From: the human T2T-CHM13v2.0 reference genome, Homo sapiens
Length of the DNA: 64,000 bases
Assembly (NCBI RefSeq): GCF_009914755.1
Contig: NC_060935.1
Reading direction: 5' to 3' (one strand)
Of the stretch, positions 62,501 to 64,000 are shown one piece after another (within the stretch, counting starts at the first letter, position 1; every line of letters begins with the position of its first letter). The notes under the pieces are model-generated. The model was not told the origin of the DNA, did not search any database, and saw only the letters and a list, made by a program, of their open reading frames with translations. The translations under genes and the position numbers were made by a program.

Positions 62501-64000
62501 GTGATGTTTGCATTCAACTCACAGAGTTGAACCTTGCTTTCATAGTTCAGCTTTCAAACACTCTTTTTGTAGAATCTGCAAGTGGATATTTGGACCACTT
62601 TGTGGCCTTCCTTCGAAACGGGTATATCTTCACATCAAACCTAGACAGAAGCATTCTCAGAATGTTTCCTGTCATGACTGCATTCAACTCCCTGAGGTGA
62701 ACAATCCTGCTGATGGAGCAGTTTTGAACCTCTCTTTCTTTGGATTCTGCAAGTAGATATGTGTACCACTGTGAAGATTTCGTTGGAAACGGGTTCATCT
62801 TCACAGAAAAACTAAACAGAAGCATTCTCAGAAACTGCTTTGTGATGTTTGTGTTCCACTTCAGGAATTGAACTTTCCTCTTGACAGAGCAGCTCTGAAA
62901 CCCTCTTTTTCTAGAATCTGCAAGTGGACATTTGGAGGGCTTTGAGGCCTGTGGTGGAAAAGGAAAATCTTCACATAAAAACTTTATGGAAGCATTCTCA
63001 GAAACTACTTTGTGATGATTGCATTCGACTCACAGAGTTGAACATTCCTATAGATAGAGCAGGTTGTAAACAATCTTTTTGTAGAATCTGCGATTGGAGA
63101 TTTGGACTGCTTTGAGTCCTACTGTAGTAAAGGAAATAACTTCATCTAAAAACCAAACGGAAGCATTCACAGACAATTCTTAGTGATCATTGCATTGAAC
63201 TAACAGAGCTGAACATTCCTTTAGATGGAGCAGTTTCCAAACACACTTTCTGTAGAACCTGCAAGTGGATATTTGGACCTCTCTGAGGATTTCGTTGGAA
63301 ACGGGATAAACTTCCCAGAGCTACACGGAAGCATTGTGAGAAACTTCTTTGTGATGTTTGCATTCAACTCACAGAGTTGAACCTTGCTTTCATAGTTCAG
63401 CTTTCAAACACTCTTTTTGTAGAATCTGCAAGTGGATATTTGGACCACTTTGTGGCCTTCCTTCGAAACGGGTATATCTTCACATCAAACCTAAACAGAA
63501 GCATTCTCAGAATGTTTCCTGTGATGACTGCATTCAACTCACAGAGGTGAACAATCCTGCTGATGGAGCAGTTTTGAAACTCTCTTTCTTTGGATTCTGC
63601 AAGTGGATATGTGGACCTCTGCGAAGATTTCGTTGGAAACGTGTTCATCTTCACAGAAAATCTAAACAGAAGCATTCTCAGAAACTGCTTTGTGATGTTT
63701 GTGTTCCACTTCAGGAATTGAACTTTCCTCTTGACAGAGCAGCTCTGAAACCCTCTTATTCTAGAATCTGCAAGTGGACATTTGGAGGGCTTTGAGGCCT
63801 GTGGTGGAAAAGGAAAATCTTCACATAAAAACTAGATGGAAGCATTCTCAGAAACTACTTTGTGATGATTGAATTCGACTCACAGAGTTGAACATTCCTA
63901 TAGATAGAGCAGGTTGTAAACAATCTTTTTGTAGAATCTGCGATTGGAGATTTGGACTGCTTTGAGGCCTACTGTAGTAAAGGAAATAACTTCATCTAAA

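Larger units (their letters stand above)
1..64000 (+). repeat. D11Z1: Alpha-satellite higher-order repeat array, 850-bp pentameric HOR (about 75.3 copies), SF3 type, most likely human chromosome 11 centromere D11Z1
   Basis: About 170-bp monomers carry alphoid hallmarks (CATTCTCAGAAAC, TGTAGAATCTGCAAGTGGATATTTGG, CENP-B boxes). The 850-bp period is strict and is shifted only by deletions of 1, 1+1, 4 and 4 bp. XbaI TCTAGA occurs once per unit (21-26, 871-876, ...). An 850-bp XbaI 5-mer is the established description of D11Z1. The chromosome assignment comes from recall, not from a database search. Confidence 0.93.

Noticed and set aside
35-63795. Recurrent 60-112 aa ORFs on both strands (MDIWRAL..., MHSTHRV..., MLLFSFS...)
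   Set aside because: They recur every 850 bp because the DNA does, many begin at GTG/TTG, they are freely broken by stops and frameshifts, and they resemble no protein family I recognise. The CxxC-like patterns are translations of TGTAGAATCTGC.
63358-63795. Longest ORF (145 aa)
   Set aside because: It is produced by a single TGA-to-CGA change at 63622 reading through into the next monomer. There is no evidence of coding function.
1-64000. CRISPR-like or other repeat-spacer system
   Set aside because: There are no unique spacers and no associated genes. All sequence is tandem alphoid monomer.
1-64000. L1/Alu insertions, inversions or structural-variant HORs with missing monomers
   Set aside because: The 850-bp register is kept throughout apart from 11 deleted bases, and every box is on the + strand.
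1-64000. Assignment to other SF3 arrays (DXZ1 12-mer, D17Z1 16-mer, chromosome 1 11-mer)
   Set aside because: Adjacent 850-bp units are nearly identical, so the HOR is the 5-mer itself. Those arrays have longer periods built from diverged pentamers.

Overview
The whole 64 kb window is one uninterrupted, head-to-tail alpha-satellite array. It holds about 75.3 copies of an 850-bp higher-order repeat (HOR) made of five monomers (171/168/170/171/170 bp, box order A-B-B-B-A), with one XbaI site per unit. This matches the suprachromosomal family 3 pentamer and most probably the human chromosome 11 centromeric array D11Z1. I see no genes, RNA genes, transposon insertions, inversions or truncated HORs, and every listed ORF is a by-product of the repeat. 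I found no new protein-coding system. The informative signal is in the variants between HOR copies: a near-perfect 8,500-bp tandem duplication (10 HORs), an 11,046/10,196-bp tandem duplication (13 versus 12 HORs) with mappable junctions, older nested 5-7 HOR modules, an apparent conversion tract, and five consecutive HORs (53.9-57.4 kb) whose first CENP-B box is broken with a different sequence each time. All comparisons were made by eye, so variant counts are minimum values.
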